From Raillietiella orientalis (lineage: Eukaryota): 64,000 nt of DNA. Position 1 is the first letter of the stretch. Every line of letters starts with the position of its first letter. Made by a program: the position numbers and the translations under genes. The notes under the pieces are model-generated. The model did no database searches. It worked only from the letters and a program-made list of their open reading frames with translations, and was not told where the DNA came from. Of the stretch, positions 24,630 through 36,949 are shown in pieces. The stretch spans positions 2,356,001-2,420,000 of the forward strand of contig JAYWIR010000003.1 of NCBI GenBank assembly GCA_036172245.1, given 5' to 3'.

Positions 24630-25400
24630 ATGAGCGCGTAAGGTTTCCAACCCGAAAAGAATGGAGTCCGTTCTCCTCCGTATTCGATTATTCGGTATGA
24701 TCCAAAATCTAAGGTTGTCTAAGGATGGAGGAAAGGAATATCAAAAAACCTGAATTTCACGTCCGTCTTTCTGAATGGAATCAGCAAGACTGAGCTAGAA
24801 GGAGACAAAGCAATACTTAAGCTGATGATGATGGCGATTTCGAAGAATCCAAATCTTACGATGAATCCCTGTTATACTCACAGCTAGAAGGGATTCTTCT
24901 AAGAGCAAGTCTGCGAGCAATTTGAGGAGGGTTTCCCTCTAATTAATAAATTCGGGGAATTCCCGAAACAGCAGGTTTGGCTTGATTTTCGATGACCTCC
25001 AAAGAACCCCCGCTTTTTTCTCTTCGCTTCACCAGGCACTGCGAGACTAGGCATGTGGGCTACCTATTGTGAAAACTGGACTCTTCCCACAGGGATCTCC
25101 TGAGAGATTCAGAAGTTCTCAGAAAATCTCCTTGGGGTGTGACAGCAGCACGAGATGCACAGTGGCGTCCTTGGTCACGTTTAGCAGAAGGAACAAACGA
25201 AATTTTCACGGTCATCTCGCAACCGAGCTCCTTCGCTCAAAAGGTCCCCGGAATTGCCTCGGGAGCTCGGTTTGGTGGCTCGGAAGGCACGGTGGATCCC
25301 TTCAGGGAGTTTTCACAAGTCATTGGTTCAGTTCCGCGCGCGCATCACACGCATCGCACGCAATTTGTTTACTTTTGCTTATTTCTCACAAACCGAAGGT
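24630..25400 (+). mobile_element. Gypsy connection/RNase H to integrase Zn-finger relic
   Basis: GFQPEKNGVRSPPYSIIRYDPK resembles AF..LK..L.SPP.L..YDP. ORF 25069..25416 NFHGHLATELLRSK...SSVWWLG resembles H.GHLG.......R..VWWPG (H2C2). Confidence 0.65.
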
Positions 25401-26149
25401 GAAATATGAAGCATAGCAAGTCGAAGAGCTCTCAAAACAGCTGGTGACTACTCATTATGCAATTAAGTCTCTTCGTTTTTGGTCACGGGCTCTAAATGTG
25501 TAGACTTGAAGTCTAATAAACGATCTCAACGAAAACTCAGACAAACGCATTAATTCTGCCGGTGAATAGCTTGCCGCTTGGCGACGCAGATTGCCAGATA
25601 TTCGAACTATAATAAGCACCCGTCTTGGAAATTCTGAAGCTCCAAAAAAGTGTGTTGGTGTACGTTAGGGTGGATACGAGTCCCGGATAGTGTTTGAGTT
25701 GCATTTAGCCGGTACCAAATCCCGGGAATATTTTCTGCCGTACGCAATCCTAGCATCGAAATCATGCTCTCGAACGGGGCATTGGTCTCATTTGGAAACT
25801 TCTAAGGCGCAGATTGCTCTGACCCGGAATATTCAAAGCAAACGGTAGATTGAGTTCAAAATACAGCGGAGATTGGACAGTTCTCTTGCCACTGTACCAA
25901 TCTCACTTCCATGCACTACAGCTTCATTCAGGAGACTGGCGCCAAGAGCTCCCATGTTGGAAGTTTCGGAACGCCACTTTATGGACATGTGTCATGCAAA
26001 GTTACGTATTCAAGTTACATAAATTACGTATTCTCAAGGTTTGTTCTCGATTTTCAGACGGCTCAAAATCACCACAGGAAAATTCTGCACCGAGTGAAGG
26101 CGGCACCTTATGGAATGTATCCCAACCTCGAATGCAGGTTTCTATGGAA

Positions 26150-27090
26150 ATAGGCGAAAACAAAGATGTACTGGAGAGATGTACATAATTCTGTTCCTGA
26201 ATCGTTTTCACTTTGTACTTTGAGAGAGGAACTTTCCAAGTTCTATGGTTGCTGCATCACTAGAAAAACGGAAGCGAATTTCGAATCTGTTTCCTTGTTC
26301 TCATACTGAGTGGCTGTCGCCAAAGTAACGAGATATGGAGATGGGCATGCATGTTTCTGTATTCGGGAAGATGCATTTAAGTAGGATATGGATACAAATA
26401 GATGACCACACTGCAATCGAAGAATGCATGCACAATGTACGAATACTGCTGTTGCCAGGTGATGTACTTATTCATGGATGCAGCCAGGAAGCCGTTTGTT
26501 GCTCTCGGAAAAATCTTTGCATTCCTAACTACATACCCTCGTTCTATGAAATAAGCTCGTAATGAGCTCTCGTCTAACATTCTCTTTGAATTCTCGGAGA
26601 TGCTGAGCATAAACATATTCTTCAAATTGTGCCACAGGAACATTACCAGTCTCCAAGAATAATCCCACAAGATATAATTTCGACATTGGACCGATGAAGT
26701 AATTTCAGTAGCACTGTATCCTTGCAACGATTTTCGTTTCTGTCCAAAAAAAGCTTTTTCTGCAACAGTCGGGTGAGGTAAGTCAAGAAATTGCTTGACG
26801 AACGTTGGAATTCCATGACGATCCAAAGCAATGGGATTTCACAAATACATTCAAGAAGTTCCTACATCTTGAAGCTGTCGAGGGTGTAAGAGCAGTCATA
26901 TCATAAAAGTAGATGGGCGCATGCAGACACCAAACTGGGTCTCCCTTTATGCAGAAAGTGTAAAAAACTGAAGGACCATTTTCAAAATAAGTACATCATC
27001 CGAAGTCAAAGACAAACAATCCCCTGAAACTGGAAATGTATGGCCACGAGGCAGTAAGATCAACAAATTCATTGCTATTCTAGAACTGAA
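26150..27090 (+). mobile_element. Probable Sola2-type DNA transposase relic
   Basis: In order through frameshifts: VPESFSL..REELSKFYG (DF.ENY....E.QS), CFCIREDAF (ISD.L.HD), YS/GCSQ (SDGC..Q), LDERWNSM...GISQIH (L..R.....GT...H) and VSLY...NVWP (C-terminal V.Y...WP). Confidence 0.5.
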
Positions 27091-27249
27091 CAACACGGCT
27101 GAAACAGCATCTGAACACTCAGCTGAGTGTCCTGCCACAGAACAGTTAGTAAGCGCGTGGGCAGAAAGAACCTCCCTCGCTGCAGACCTGCCTTTCCTCA
27201 GGGAACATCCGGACAGCAGCATCGCGGCGAAATGGGAAGTTACAGTGAC

Positions 27250-27960
27250 CATCTCCAGAAGGGAGAAAGGACTGGGCGGGTGGAAGACGGGCCAGCGGCG
27301 ACCCCGAGTACACCACCCTATGGGACTCTTGCACTGGAGCGAGCTACCGGATGTCCCTTTGGAACACCTGAAGTGGCACCCGGGGCTCATGGGCACACCC
27401 GCACCCTCCCCTTGAAGTGGCAGGAGTCAGCACTATCGGTGCTGCACTGGGGTCTTCCCTGCAATGTCCGCCGTCATCACTGGACGCGGGTGTGTGTGGA
27501 CCCCGTCTCAGGTGCGGGGGACATGAATCCCCCTTCCACCTGTTAGTGGACTGTGTTGCCCTACGGCCCCAATGGGAACGCTTTGCTGTGTCCTTGATAA
27601 CCCCCAGAGGCAACTCCAGGGACGCTTTGAAACCCCTCTTCGTTCGCGACGTCCTTCGGCCAGCAGCCTCCCTTGCAGTCTTGTGCTGCCTACGCGGGAT
27701 CGTCGCTGCATGGGGCGACGCAACAGGAGGACCCAGAGATAGGGATGCCATCCACTTCATCAGGATAGCAACGCGATGGCCCCACCTGGACAGGACTATC
27801 CAGCATGACCTTAGCGGCATCCTACAGAGGATGCACAAGACCGACACCAGCAGACAGTGATCCCTTCCCACACACAACCCAAAGTGTATTTATCTTTATT
27901 TTTGCTTCATTTTATATGCCCTCTCCCCTCTGTTGCCTTGGCGGACCGCGAACCGGTCTG
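27250..27960 (+). mobile_element. L1/Tx1-type LINE 3' end (zf-RVT CCHC domain plus 3' UTR)
   Basis: WQESALSVLHWGLPCNVRRH (W...LH..LP.N.R) then, after a frameshift, LRCGGHESPFHLLVDCVALRPQW (C..CG..E...HLL.DC.....W). The stop is at 27858-27860, followed by a T-rich tract. The block is GC-rich. Confidence 0.8.
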
Positions 27961-28979
27961 CGAACTGGTGACCCGGCAGGTTTCCATTAAGTTGTGCGTG
28001 GTTGGGAAGGCGGTCCAACCACAGTTCTCAGAAAATGTCTATTTTTTATTGGAATAATCGTCCCGGCACTCCCGGATGGGAATCAGTTTCATTAGCTGTG
28101 GGGATATCGGGTGATGTGCAGCTCTCTAAAATCAATCGTGTATCGGATTGCTTCCATCCTCGGTGTTGCTTCCATTTCCAAAGCACTCTCGATTAGGACA
28201 GAGGAATGGTCTCTCGTGTCTGTGTGAAATAAAAGTTCCTTAATCAAATGCGATGCTTCTTGAACACTCGAGAATCCACTCCAGAACTTTTGCCGAATCC
28301 AGCGTGTTGAATATGGAATTTCGGGGAACAGCGTTTCTTCCAGCGAAATCCATTTTAGCACCCCTGGCACGTTTGGAGACGCTTCTGCTCGTGGACGCTT
28401 AAGAAGTATCATTTACAGAAGAAAAAACACAAAATATGCGCTGCATAATCTGCATGGAAAATTCTCAGAACAATTTCCACTTGTGCTGTTCAGTTTGCTT
28501 GCTGTGCTTCCCTGAACGCAGGGAAAATGGAACACTCGATAACCGAAAACATGATTTTAACTGCACTCGCTTGGAGACGCAGTCCAGCGTGCGTTTCCTA
28601 GGTGATAAATAATTAAGGATAAGCAAGACTTCCTTCTCCCGAGACAGCGTTCATAATTATTCAGAAACGCAGCCTATTTTGATTTCAAGTACATAAACTA
28701 TGGAAATCATTCCAGTGGAGTAATTTCACTCAACAAGAGCTGCAGAAGTTTAGAGTTTCCTCTTCTGCTGGCGTCGACTTCGTAAGAAGGAACGGAAGAA
28801 CTTCTCAGTGGGCATTCGTCTGAACACTCATTTCCAATGATGTACGATGTGGACGTATTTATACAAACATATACATCAAGTTGAGCTGAGCTAAAGTTCT
28901 CCAACATTAAAAGCAGAAATGATAAGAAAAACCCCATGTATTATGTTAAATCACCGCTACCTAGAACAGTACAAGGCTG

Positions 28980-29590
28980 TTGCAGCTGCGTACACAAACG
29001 AAAGCATACTCCGTGTACGTATAGTTCACAAACCTGGGCTCAGTTTCGAAGGCGGTAAAAACAACTCGCAAATCTATGATGAAACTCCACAAAACTGTAG
29101 ACAGCTGCAAAAGAAACTGCACATCAATACGTGGAAATGCATGCGTTCTTGTACGGAAGGAGTGGTGTGCAACCCTCTCGTCGGATTCGCTATGATGTTA
29201 TTCCACGTTTCTTCATCACAATTCGTGAATTCAAGGTGCAGCGCTCTGCCGCTTTTCGCGACTTTTCATCTTCGGTTCTTTTTGATGGTAAGAGATCGGG
29301 AACCTCAAGAACGGCCGAAGAACTGCAGTGCTGTCCGACGAGGCTGCATGAGCTCTCAGGCACCTAGAGGCAGTGATGCTGTGAGCGAGGGAAGCCGGAA
29401 AGAAGGGGCACGTGTGAAATGAAATCAGAAGATGAGCACTTTCGATGGCTGTTTTCTGTCCCGAAGCGGCCTGGGCATTCCAAGGATGCCCACGGAATTT
29501 GAGCCAAAAGACGAGAAAAATCGAGGTGCAGATCAGATGTGCATTTATCGGGAGGATAGGATGAAAATCTTCAAGAGGCGACCTCCAAGG
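28980..29590 (+). mobile_element. Mariner N-terminal half relic
   Basis: LSFEGGKNNSQIYDE (L..EG....I..E), APRGSD (VPR.LT) and GCFLSRSGLG....EFEPKDEK...RMKIFK (FL.RIVTGDETW...FEPE.K......R.KKFK). Confidence 0.7.
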
Positions 29591-29599
29591 GAATCGTCA

Positions 29600-30180
29600 G
29601 GATGGAACCAAGGCAGCTGAACACTTCCCTGAAACTTTCTCTGACTGCAACGAACTCAGCTGCTCATCAACATAATGAAAGATGGGGAAAGCGCACAAGG
29701 AACAGGCCATTCCTCCTTGGATATCTTGGAAGAGCGCGTGGTAATCACGTTGTAAAATTCGCTTTTCATTTCGTAGGTGTAAGAAGGGAGGCACATTTCC
29801 CAGAGGGCAAGGTGCTTATCAAGACAAGCCGGCAAACATCAAATCTCCATCTCGCGAGATGTCCTCGAAAGCGGGTGGGAGTTGCAACGATTTCGGAAGA
29901 TGCAGGAAATCAAGGATTTGAGGAGCAGTTCCGAAGAGTCCGGACTGAAATTTTCTGTCGAGCCTGTTGAGATCTATTCTCGAGCCCCCATCGCCACCAC
30001 CTGTTCTGGGGACCACGGGCTTTTCTCGGATGGTTCGGACGCCTGCCGCGTTCAGGCCCCTCGCTCAACCACACTGGGCGCGAACCGAGGTAATCACCTC
30101 CGGCAGTGGGTGTCACCGGCTCCACTGGAGAAATTCGTCCGGTTGAAGTGACTTTGTGCCCCGTTTTCAGCCCTGCGGTC
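29600..30180 (-). mobile_element. Gypsy RT relic
   Basis: VVPRTGGGDGGSRIDLNRLD (VPK..G..R...D.R.LN), then LRNEKRILQRDYHALFQDI...IFHYVDEQL (GLRNA..TFQR...F..YVDD.L). Confidence 0.7.
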
Positions 30181-30479
30181 ACTGACGACGATAAGGAACA
30201 TTTTCAGCCACCGTGTGCGACATTCTCGCCTCGATACCGGGAGCCATGACGCCGCGGTTCACTGGATGAACAATTTCAATCGATGAGAGGTCGTTGTCGA
30301 ACCCAGAACTACCCTTTGAGGAGGACCTCACGCTACGCCTATTATCATGAGGATTCCCTCCTCCTATCCGCATCTGGAGCGCAGGCATCTGGTCCGGGAG
30401 CTGGTTATTGACCCTCTGAGATATTGGGGTCCAGGAACGAAGGAGTTCTGTGAGACCCAAGGATCCTTAAGCTGCATAT

Positions 30480-31170
30480 GGATCTGATGCGCAAGCTGGT
30501 GATCTCGTCAAATATGCTACGCATAGTAGGAATGCCCAGTGGACACAGCGGTTGGAGCACAGCTTCTTCAAAGAGCGCCTGTGGCATCCCTGAGAATCCT
30601 ACCACTCTAGGAAGACCCAGGATCACCTCCAAAGGAAGAAGACGGTGACTGGTGATTAACGAACCCATGATGAACCAGCTTGAAGAGGCTCAGAAGATCG
30701 AAGTTCTTCTATCCGTATTTTGGTTCACCCATCGAAAAAAGGTCTCACCTTTATTTCGAAAAATCTTCGGGATATTCCCTGAAAATGCTCTTGTGATATT
30801 CAGCTGCGGAAGCTTTCCACAGTGCCACAGTGAGTAGACGTGCCTCACAGATTCGTTCGGTTCTGCTGACCTTTGCCAAGCTGCCCCCTCACCCTCCGTT
30901 ACCGTCTGAGATTGTAGATAAAGCAGCCTAATTTTCCTCCACGGAATCTTCCCTTAGTGCTTCTGAATCTTATGCTCATCAGAGGCACGGATTTCTGAAG
31001 TTCCGATGCCCATCTGCTCTTCATATGTGCACCTCCTGGAACACAATAACTGGAGAGCATCTTGAAATTCTTGAAGGCAAGACTTTGATGCTCTTGCCAA
31101 GGAAGCTGCCCCCGTCTGGATTTCGACTGCAGCCTCCAAGAGGTCTCTTGGTAGCCATCGAGTCGGCCAT
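30480..31170 (-). mobile_element. pogo-like transposase N-terminus (psq/CENP-B HTH) relic
   Basis: RWLPRDLLEAAVEIQTGAASLARAS resembles the psq HTH W....L..A...V..G..S.R.AA. F*ASSSW resembles FKAS.GW, and SIFDEITSL resembles IFN.DETGL. Confidence 0.45.
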
Positions 31171-31289
31171 GTGGTTTCTCGGATTTGGAAGCGTTCCTTC
31201 CGAAATTTCCTTCTCTTCTCAAGAAAGGTGCATCTCATTTGAGCAGCTTGAAAGTTTGGTATTTTTTCGAGCACCAGTTTCTTTTGGAA

Positions 31290-32150
31290 TCCTCGGCAAG
31301 CACCACAGCACCATCTCAGGAAACGTTGGCGAAATTGAAATCACGGAAGCAGCTGTGCTACTGGCTCCAAACTGATCAAAATCTGCCCGATACGAGGGTA
31401 CTGCGGTTCCTTAAATTCTCGGGGCTCTTGCAGAATGTCTTCAGGACGTCTTCCTTCAGTTCGATCGAATGTTCGAGATCCTTAGCTGCAAATTTGACCA
31501 AGTTCTAGGTTCGACTTTCTGCCCTGCTGGATTCTGCCTGTCGGCTGACTTTCAATGGGTTTCATTGGGAGGAGAATACCATCTCCAGAAATAGGCAACT
31601 GCCTGGAAAACCTCTAAACTGTTTTCTTTCAAGACAAGTTTCTTGTCTGCGTCTCCCATTGCTGCGCTCGGACTCGAGGAAAGTTTTGGTTTCCGGCGAA
31701 GATTTGTTTTTTTGTAAAAATTTACAAAACCATTATCTTTCACTTTATCATGTTTTTTTTTGGAGGGGGGGAAGGGGGATATTTTTCTTTGGTTTGCATA
31801 CAGCCTTTTTGAATTGTGTTTTTATACAATCTTCGGCAAGAAACCTGATGACTGTGGAGCACTTGGAAACTAGGAGCATCCTCCGCATTCAGTGGGAACA
31901 CAGCTTTGGAATTGGCATGCATCCTTGGAATGCCTCTTGAAGAGAAAGAACGTTGGTAGCCGAAGTCCATGAAACGACGTCTCCACGATGCCACCTGCCC
32001 GGTTGTCTCCCTCTTGGAGATCGCCATTGCTTTGGCTGCAAAGCGTGAAACTGAAGTGGGAATCTCTCCTCCTTGGGACGCGTCTCGGTTTTTCAGTTCG
32101 CGCTCTTCCTGACGGCTTTCAGGCTTCTGACCAAGAGCGCTGGGAAAGCG
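31290..32150 (-). mobile_element. Mariner relic interrupted by homopolymer runs
   Basis: ORF 31740..32027 MDFGYQRSFSSRGIPRM resembles LGY.K..ARW.PR.L. DNGFVNFY follows at the DE.W..Y position, and ISPTFPEM resembles YSPDLAPS. Confidence 0.55.
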
Positions 32151-33016
32151 CCAAAGTTTGAGCAGCGGTTTTGATTTACTTGCCGGTAGTCAGCGGAAAC
32201 AGGTTGCCTCCCAAGCCAAGATCATCCAGCGTGCACAGAGCCGCCTGATTCACTGGAAATCTTTCAGATTTCAGGATGGGCGAAGCAAAAGTTCGAAGGA
32301 CCGCGCGAGCGGACGGAATCGCTTACTCTCTCATCTTGCAAAACGTGAAAGCGCTGCTTCCTACCGAACAACCTCTCCTGACATCTACCGTGGTGTCTCG
32401 GAAACACGGAATGGGAAGAGGCTGGAATTTATGGTTGTATTTATGATGACAATTATGGCTCGCAGGAGACTTTTAAAACGACTTGTTACGACCAAGATAG
32501 GCAATAGAAACGTGTAAATAATTATCTGAGTAATTTGACAAAATCACAGAGCCTTGTCGTGACAACCGTGTTAAGAGGTATGATATTTACTGCTTTATGA
32601 ACTTGAATGGAAAAGGAATAAACCTTTAACTTCCGTAGGATTCATGGTTAATGCGATATTCACTGCAGAACAGAACGGACAAGAAGAAAGGAGAAGAAGA
32701 AAAAAAAAAAAGAAGAAGAAAAAAAGGGAGGCGAAGAGGGGAAAATGATACAGCATACGGGAAGGGGATGCGGAGAGGCTTTAAGGGAAAAAAAATAAAT
32801 AAATAAATTCGAACACAGCCCAAATGTTTTGAATTAAAATCGATATCGAGCTTCATCCTCAGGATCAGATGGGAATTTCGATTTGCGTTTCCTCTGCGCG
32901 TGCCTTTGGTCCAGCTCCCTCCTAGGAAAGATGCACCCATTTTCCGAGAGGATCGTGTTTGAAGCTCAGTTTTAACACAAAGGGTCGAAGATACCAAGGA
33001 AGAAAACCCCTCCCCC

Positions 33017-33021
<5 letters not shown>

Positions 33022-33047
<26 letters not shown>
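33022..33047. repeat. Long poly(A) run, one of many A/T homopolymers (others near 9793-9838, 10096-10139, 20533-20551, 47867-47891)
   Basis: Seen directly. Confidence 0.9.
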
Positions 33048-33549
33048 CAGAGGAGAAGGAAATTCGGAACCAACCGAAATTTTCTCAAATGCCACCGGAA
33101 AATGCATTCCCATGCAAGAAAAGGTTTTTGCCTATAGGATCCACGTCTATTTTCCGAGCACAGGATCATCGGGAAATTAATAGGGATTTTCTGGCTGCAC
33201 TCCGCGTAGGATTTCTCAAGTAGTGTTTGGAAAACCGTGAGGGAGGTGCCTGCAGCTGATCCAGAAGAAAATTTTCGTCATCACACGTGTGACAGGGAAG
33301 AGCACATTCTCTTTTTTTTTTGAAAAAAAAAAAAAAAAAAAACAGCAGCAAGTAAGAACTACGCAGCTGAACGAACAGAAACCCAGCGTGCTATTCTTTT
33401 CCTGGTGTGCCCTCGAAGTTTCTGGAAGAAGAAGTCATCCCCATTCGAGGGAGCGCTTTCAGCCTGCTCCGCTGCCGGCCAGAGGTCCCGGAGCGGTGGA
33501 AAACCGGGACCAGTTGAGGACTTTGGGGTCATCCGCGCCACGAAACGAA

Positions 33550-34000
33550 AAGCGTGGGTGCAACTCCCATCGGTTAGCACGGACAAGAATTTTTCTCATA
33601 TCCTTCCGCATGTTCGCTCGGAACTGAAAGCAGGGCAGTTCTTGGAAAGAAGGTGTGGCTATGGAAACTCCGTTTTGAAGACCAGCGTCTCTTGAGGCAG
33701 TGAGAGAGCTTCGGAGACGAGCGTGAGGTTCCGATGTGTGCCCGTCGCATCTGGAAATGCCGACTCCTGCAGCGACGGAGAGTCGATCTTAGAGAGATCT
33801 CATGGTGAAGCCTCCGAAGGCGCCAAGTTATGGAATGGAAATTCTCCGCCAGGATGTTTGAACCGAAGGCATTTCTCGCATCGTCGTTTCCGCGGTGACC
33901 ACGCGCACGGAACGACCTCCAAGACTGAGGCGGGCGAGTGCATTCATCCTCTTTTACCAGTCCGTTTAAAGAGCGCGCCCCTCGAACGATTGCTCCGGGG
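33550..34000 (-). mobile_element. Possible hAT (DUF4371 region) relic
   Basis: ORF 33574..34029 SFRARGHRGNDD...NILAENF resembles AFRGH.E....N.GNF. Confidence 0.4.
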
Positions 34001-34549
34001 CATTTATTGCAGTCGAAAAGTGACTGCATCTAAACAAAATTGCAAGCTGTCAGGGTTTCGAGTTTCTGTGCTTCGCGAGGCATAAAGACAGCAATAGGAG
34101 CCACCATGGAAGTCTCTGTTGCGGCGCTTTCGGAGAGAAAGAACAGCGGATAAATAAAAAAAATAGAAGCACACACACACACACATATACAGATACGTGT
34201 GAGCTGTTTTCGTTCACGGCTAAACTGATTTCGAATTTCTTTATTATTTTGCAATCTCCTCAGCTTCCAAATCTCTTCGCTCTTCTCCTCGGAAATTTCT
34301 TCTCTTCCTTCTACTAATGATTGAGAAACACACACACACACACGTTATGTGTGTGGATGTCATACGTTGGGACAAGTGCGTTCGCGATCATCTGATCATC
34401 ATGGCGAACTTCGCCAGCAGGGAAGCACCACCCCACCACCGGTGCGCAAGCGCCGGGCGGAGGTGATCGCAAAGCGGAGGAGTCCGATCGATTCGCTCGC
34501 ATCTTCCGCTGTGTTGATCTCGGCGGAGACTCCCATCTTTGTGGAACTC

Positions 34550-35100
34550 GCCCTCCTCCGTCCAAGCATCCCAACCAGGAGGAGGCTTTCCTCCCTCGGC
34601 TCTCGGACCTCCGGTAAACTCCGGGAGAGCTCTCGGGAACTTTCTGGAAATTCTCATGGTAGAGCTGCTCGCACCAAAGGCTGGGAGCGTCGCCTTTTAG
34701 TGACGGTTCCCGAAAATCACTGGAGCAGCCAAGGATCGATGAACGTCGAAGAAATATGTCCAGGGAGATCATTTGGCCGCACTTCCGTATGACTTCCCGA
34801 TCTTCATGCATGAGACGTGAGATGTTCGTTCCGAGAAATCTCTGATTCATTAGCAGGAGGAGGAAGAAAGGAAATTTTCCGAGGTGAAGAGTGTCTCTCC
34901 ACTGAGGATTTTTTCCAGGATTTTTTCCCCAGGATGCACGGATTGCAAAATGGTGAAGGAATTCGAAGTCCGTTCGGTCGCGTACGGAAACGGTCCGCGT
35001 GCACGGGAAGGGAAAATCTGATTGATATTGAAAGAGTGCATTTATATGATCACAGTCCTTGGATGCTCTGTCCTGGAATCTTGCAGAATTCATCGCGAGT
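34550..35100 (-). mobile_element. Penelope-like element RT relic
   Basis: ORF 34314..35105: ALFQYQSDF (T.F.F.G..Y) and FLGTNISRL..EDRE...GQMISLDIFLRR.....SDFREP (LN..H..I.FT.E.E..G.LPFLDV...R......VYRKP). The catalytic YVDD is lost. Confidence 0.55.
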
Positions 35101-36949
35101 TCCACAGCCGCTGCATCACTTTCCGTTTAGCTGCTCACCCCCATCTGCCTGCGGACGGACGAAGCTGTAAACCGAACACTGCCACGTGTTTTTATTGCCC
35201 TCAGGGTAGGTCTACTTAGCATATGCATGGCATCCGCTTGTTTCCTCGGCTCCGAATGAGCGGCTCATTGCTTTTTGGCACTGCTGACTAGAAATCATCA
35301 CCTAAGAATGCTTTGCATGATGACATCGGATGCCGCTGGACGGCATTCACCTTCGGACAGTTGAAGAGCCGCGGCTCTGTGACAACACGAGGAGATTTCC
35401 AGCTTCCCAAATTCTTAGCCCCTGCTCCCCGGTGACCTGTTCAAGGATGCAGCCATCGGAACGGGACACCGCATTTTCGACGTTTCCATCGAGCCTGCAG
35501 GCGCGAAGGTGAGCACGAGAGAGATACGCAATGAATAGAAATTAATCAAGCGCAGTGCTTTAATACGAAGTTTGAATTCCTAATTAGAAACTAAATCTTG
35601 CTAAAACTTGCTTGCGTGATGTAAGACTGCAGGCTCTTTGTATCTGAAGGGAAGAAATCCTTTTCGGCGTTTGAAAAGCGGAGCACGTAGAAATTTGCAT
35701 TTGATTCTCAAGGAGCATTCGCGTGGCAGAATCACAACGCATCGATCAAAAAAAAAAAAATAAAATAAAACAGGGGAAAAAAGGTCCCAACCCGGGCCAT
35801 CCTCGTCGCAAGCAAAAGCAACCAAAAGCCTCGGTGATCTGACATTGGTGGGGGTCCTTGCAGATTGAGAACGGCCGACCCCGCATTGGAATCTCTTGGG
35901 CAGGGTCACCAGAAAGCCTAGCCGGAAACGCCCCGCAAATCAACCCTGGGTGTTGTCGAATTCGCAGACGCATCCGGAAGCTCTTCTTGTCCGAAGCTCG
36001 CGAGATTTAAGCCAACGGTGATTTGTTCCTCACATCTTCATTTTATGGATGCTGTTCCGCAGAACAAAGCTCGTTCATTCTGCGCACCACATCATTTGTT
36101 GGCGAATTCTTATTATGACACATATTAACCATTACTCCTATCGTATTTTCGTTTCTTATTGATGTCGCCCTTATATTCATGCTTTATTTATCCCTTTAAA
36201 TCATTTAGTGACTCTGAAAGGAAGAAAAAAAAAAAAAAACGAAGAAAAAGAGCCTTCTTTAGCTGGAGATGCGCTTGGGTTTCGAATGCATGTGGAAAGC
36301 TCATAGCGGCGTTTCGCAAACGTTATGATAAGGCTCATTGCCGCGCAGAGCCTCAATACGGCTGCAGGCGTATTTACACAATGATGGGATAAATAGGTTT
36401 TAATCTCACTATTTCACGTTTGTTTCCTTCTGCCCGTGCCGGTGTGCATCGTAGGCAAAACTGCCCCGCATTTTTTTTTTTCTCTCTCTTTTCCCTCGAA
36501 AACACACGTGTGAGTCGCAGATGCACTCTGCCTCGTGTCAGATGACGATGAGGAAAACATTGAAGTGGTAGGAGAACCTCCGGGCATATATCACAACAAA
36601 TGTGAACATGGAACTGTTTTCGACAACACGGGTCACGCGTCTGCGTTCCTTCCGTCTTCGCTCTCCTCCGGAACTGATGGGCAGCGTCCCCCCAGGATTT
36701 GAGTGGGAACCTGTAGGTGAAGGTGACGTCCTCACGCTTATGTACTCAATGCCGGAAGAGGAACCACTAGATGCATCTTGCATGCAGCAGCGGATACGAG
36801 TGCTGCCTTGGTTTCACTCTGCGCTGTCGGAGCACAGGTTTCAGGAATACCACCATCCGCAGCGTGCGGATTCCTCATAGGAGGCAGGAATTCACGAAAC
36901 TTTTAATGTGTCTTGATGGATGAGCATCTTCTGCGCGGAGTGAAACCAA

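Noticed and set aside
25600..26100. Possible non-LTR RNase H motifs (FSDGSK, SSHVG)
   Set aside because: The two motifs are in the wrong order and in different frames.
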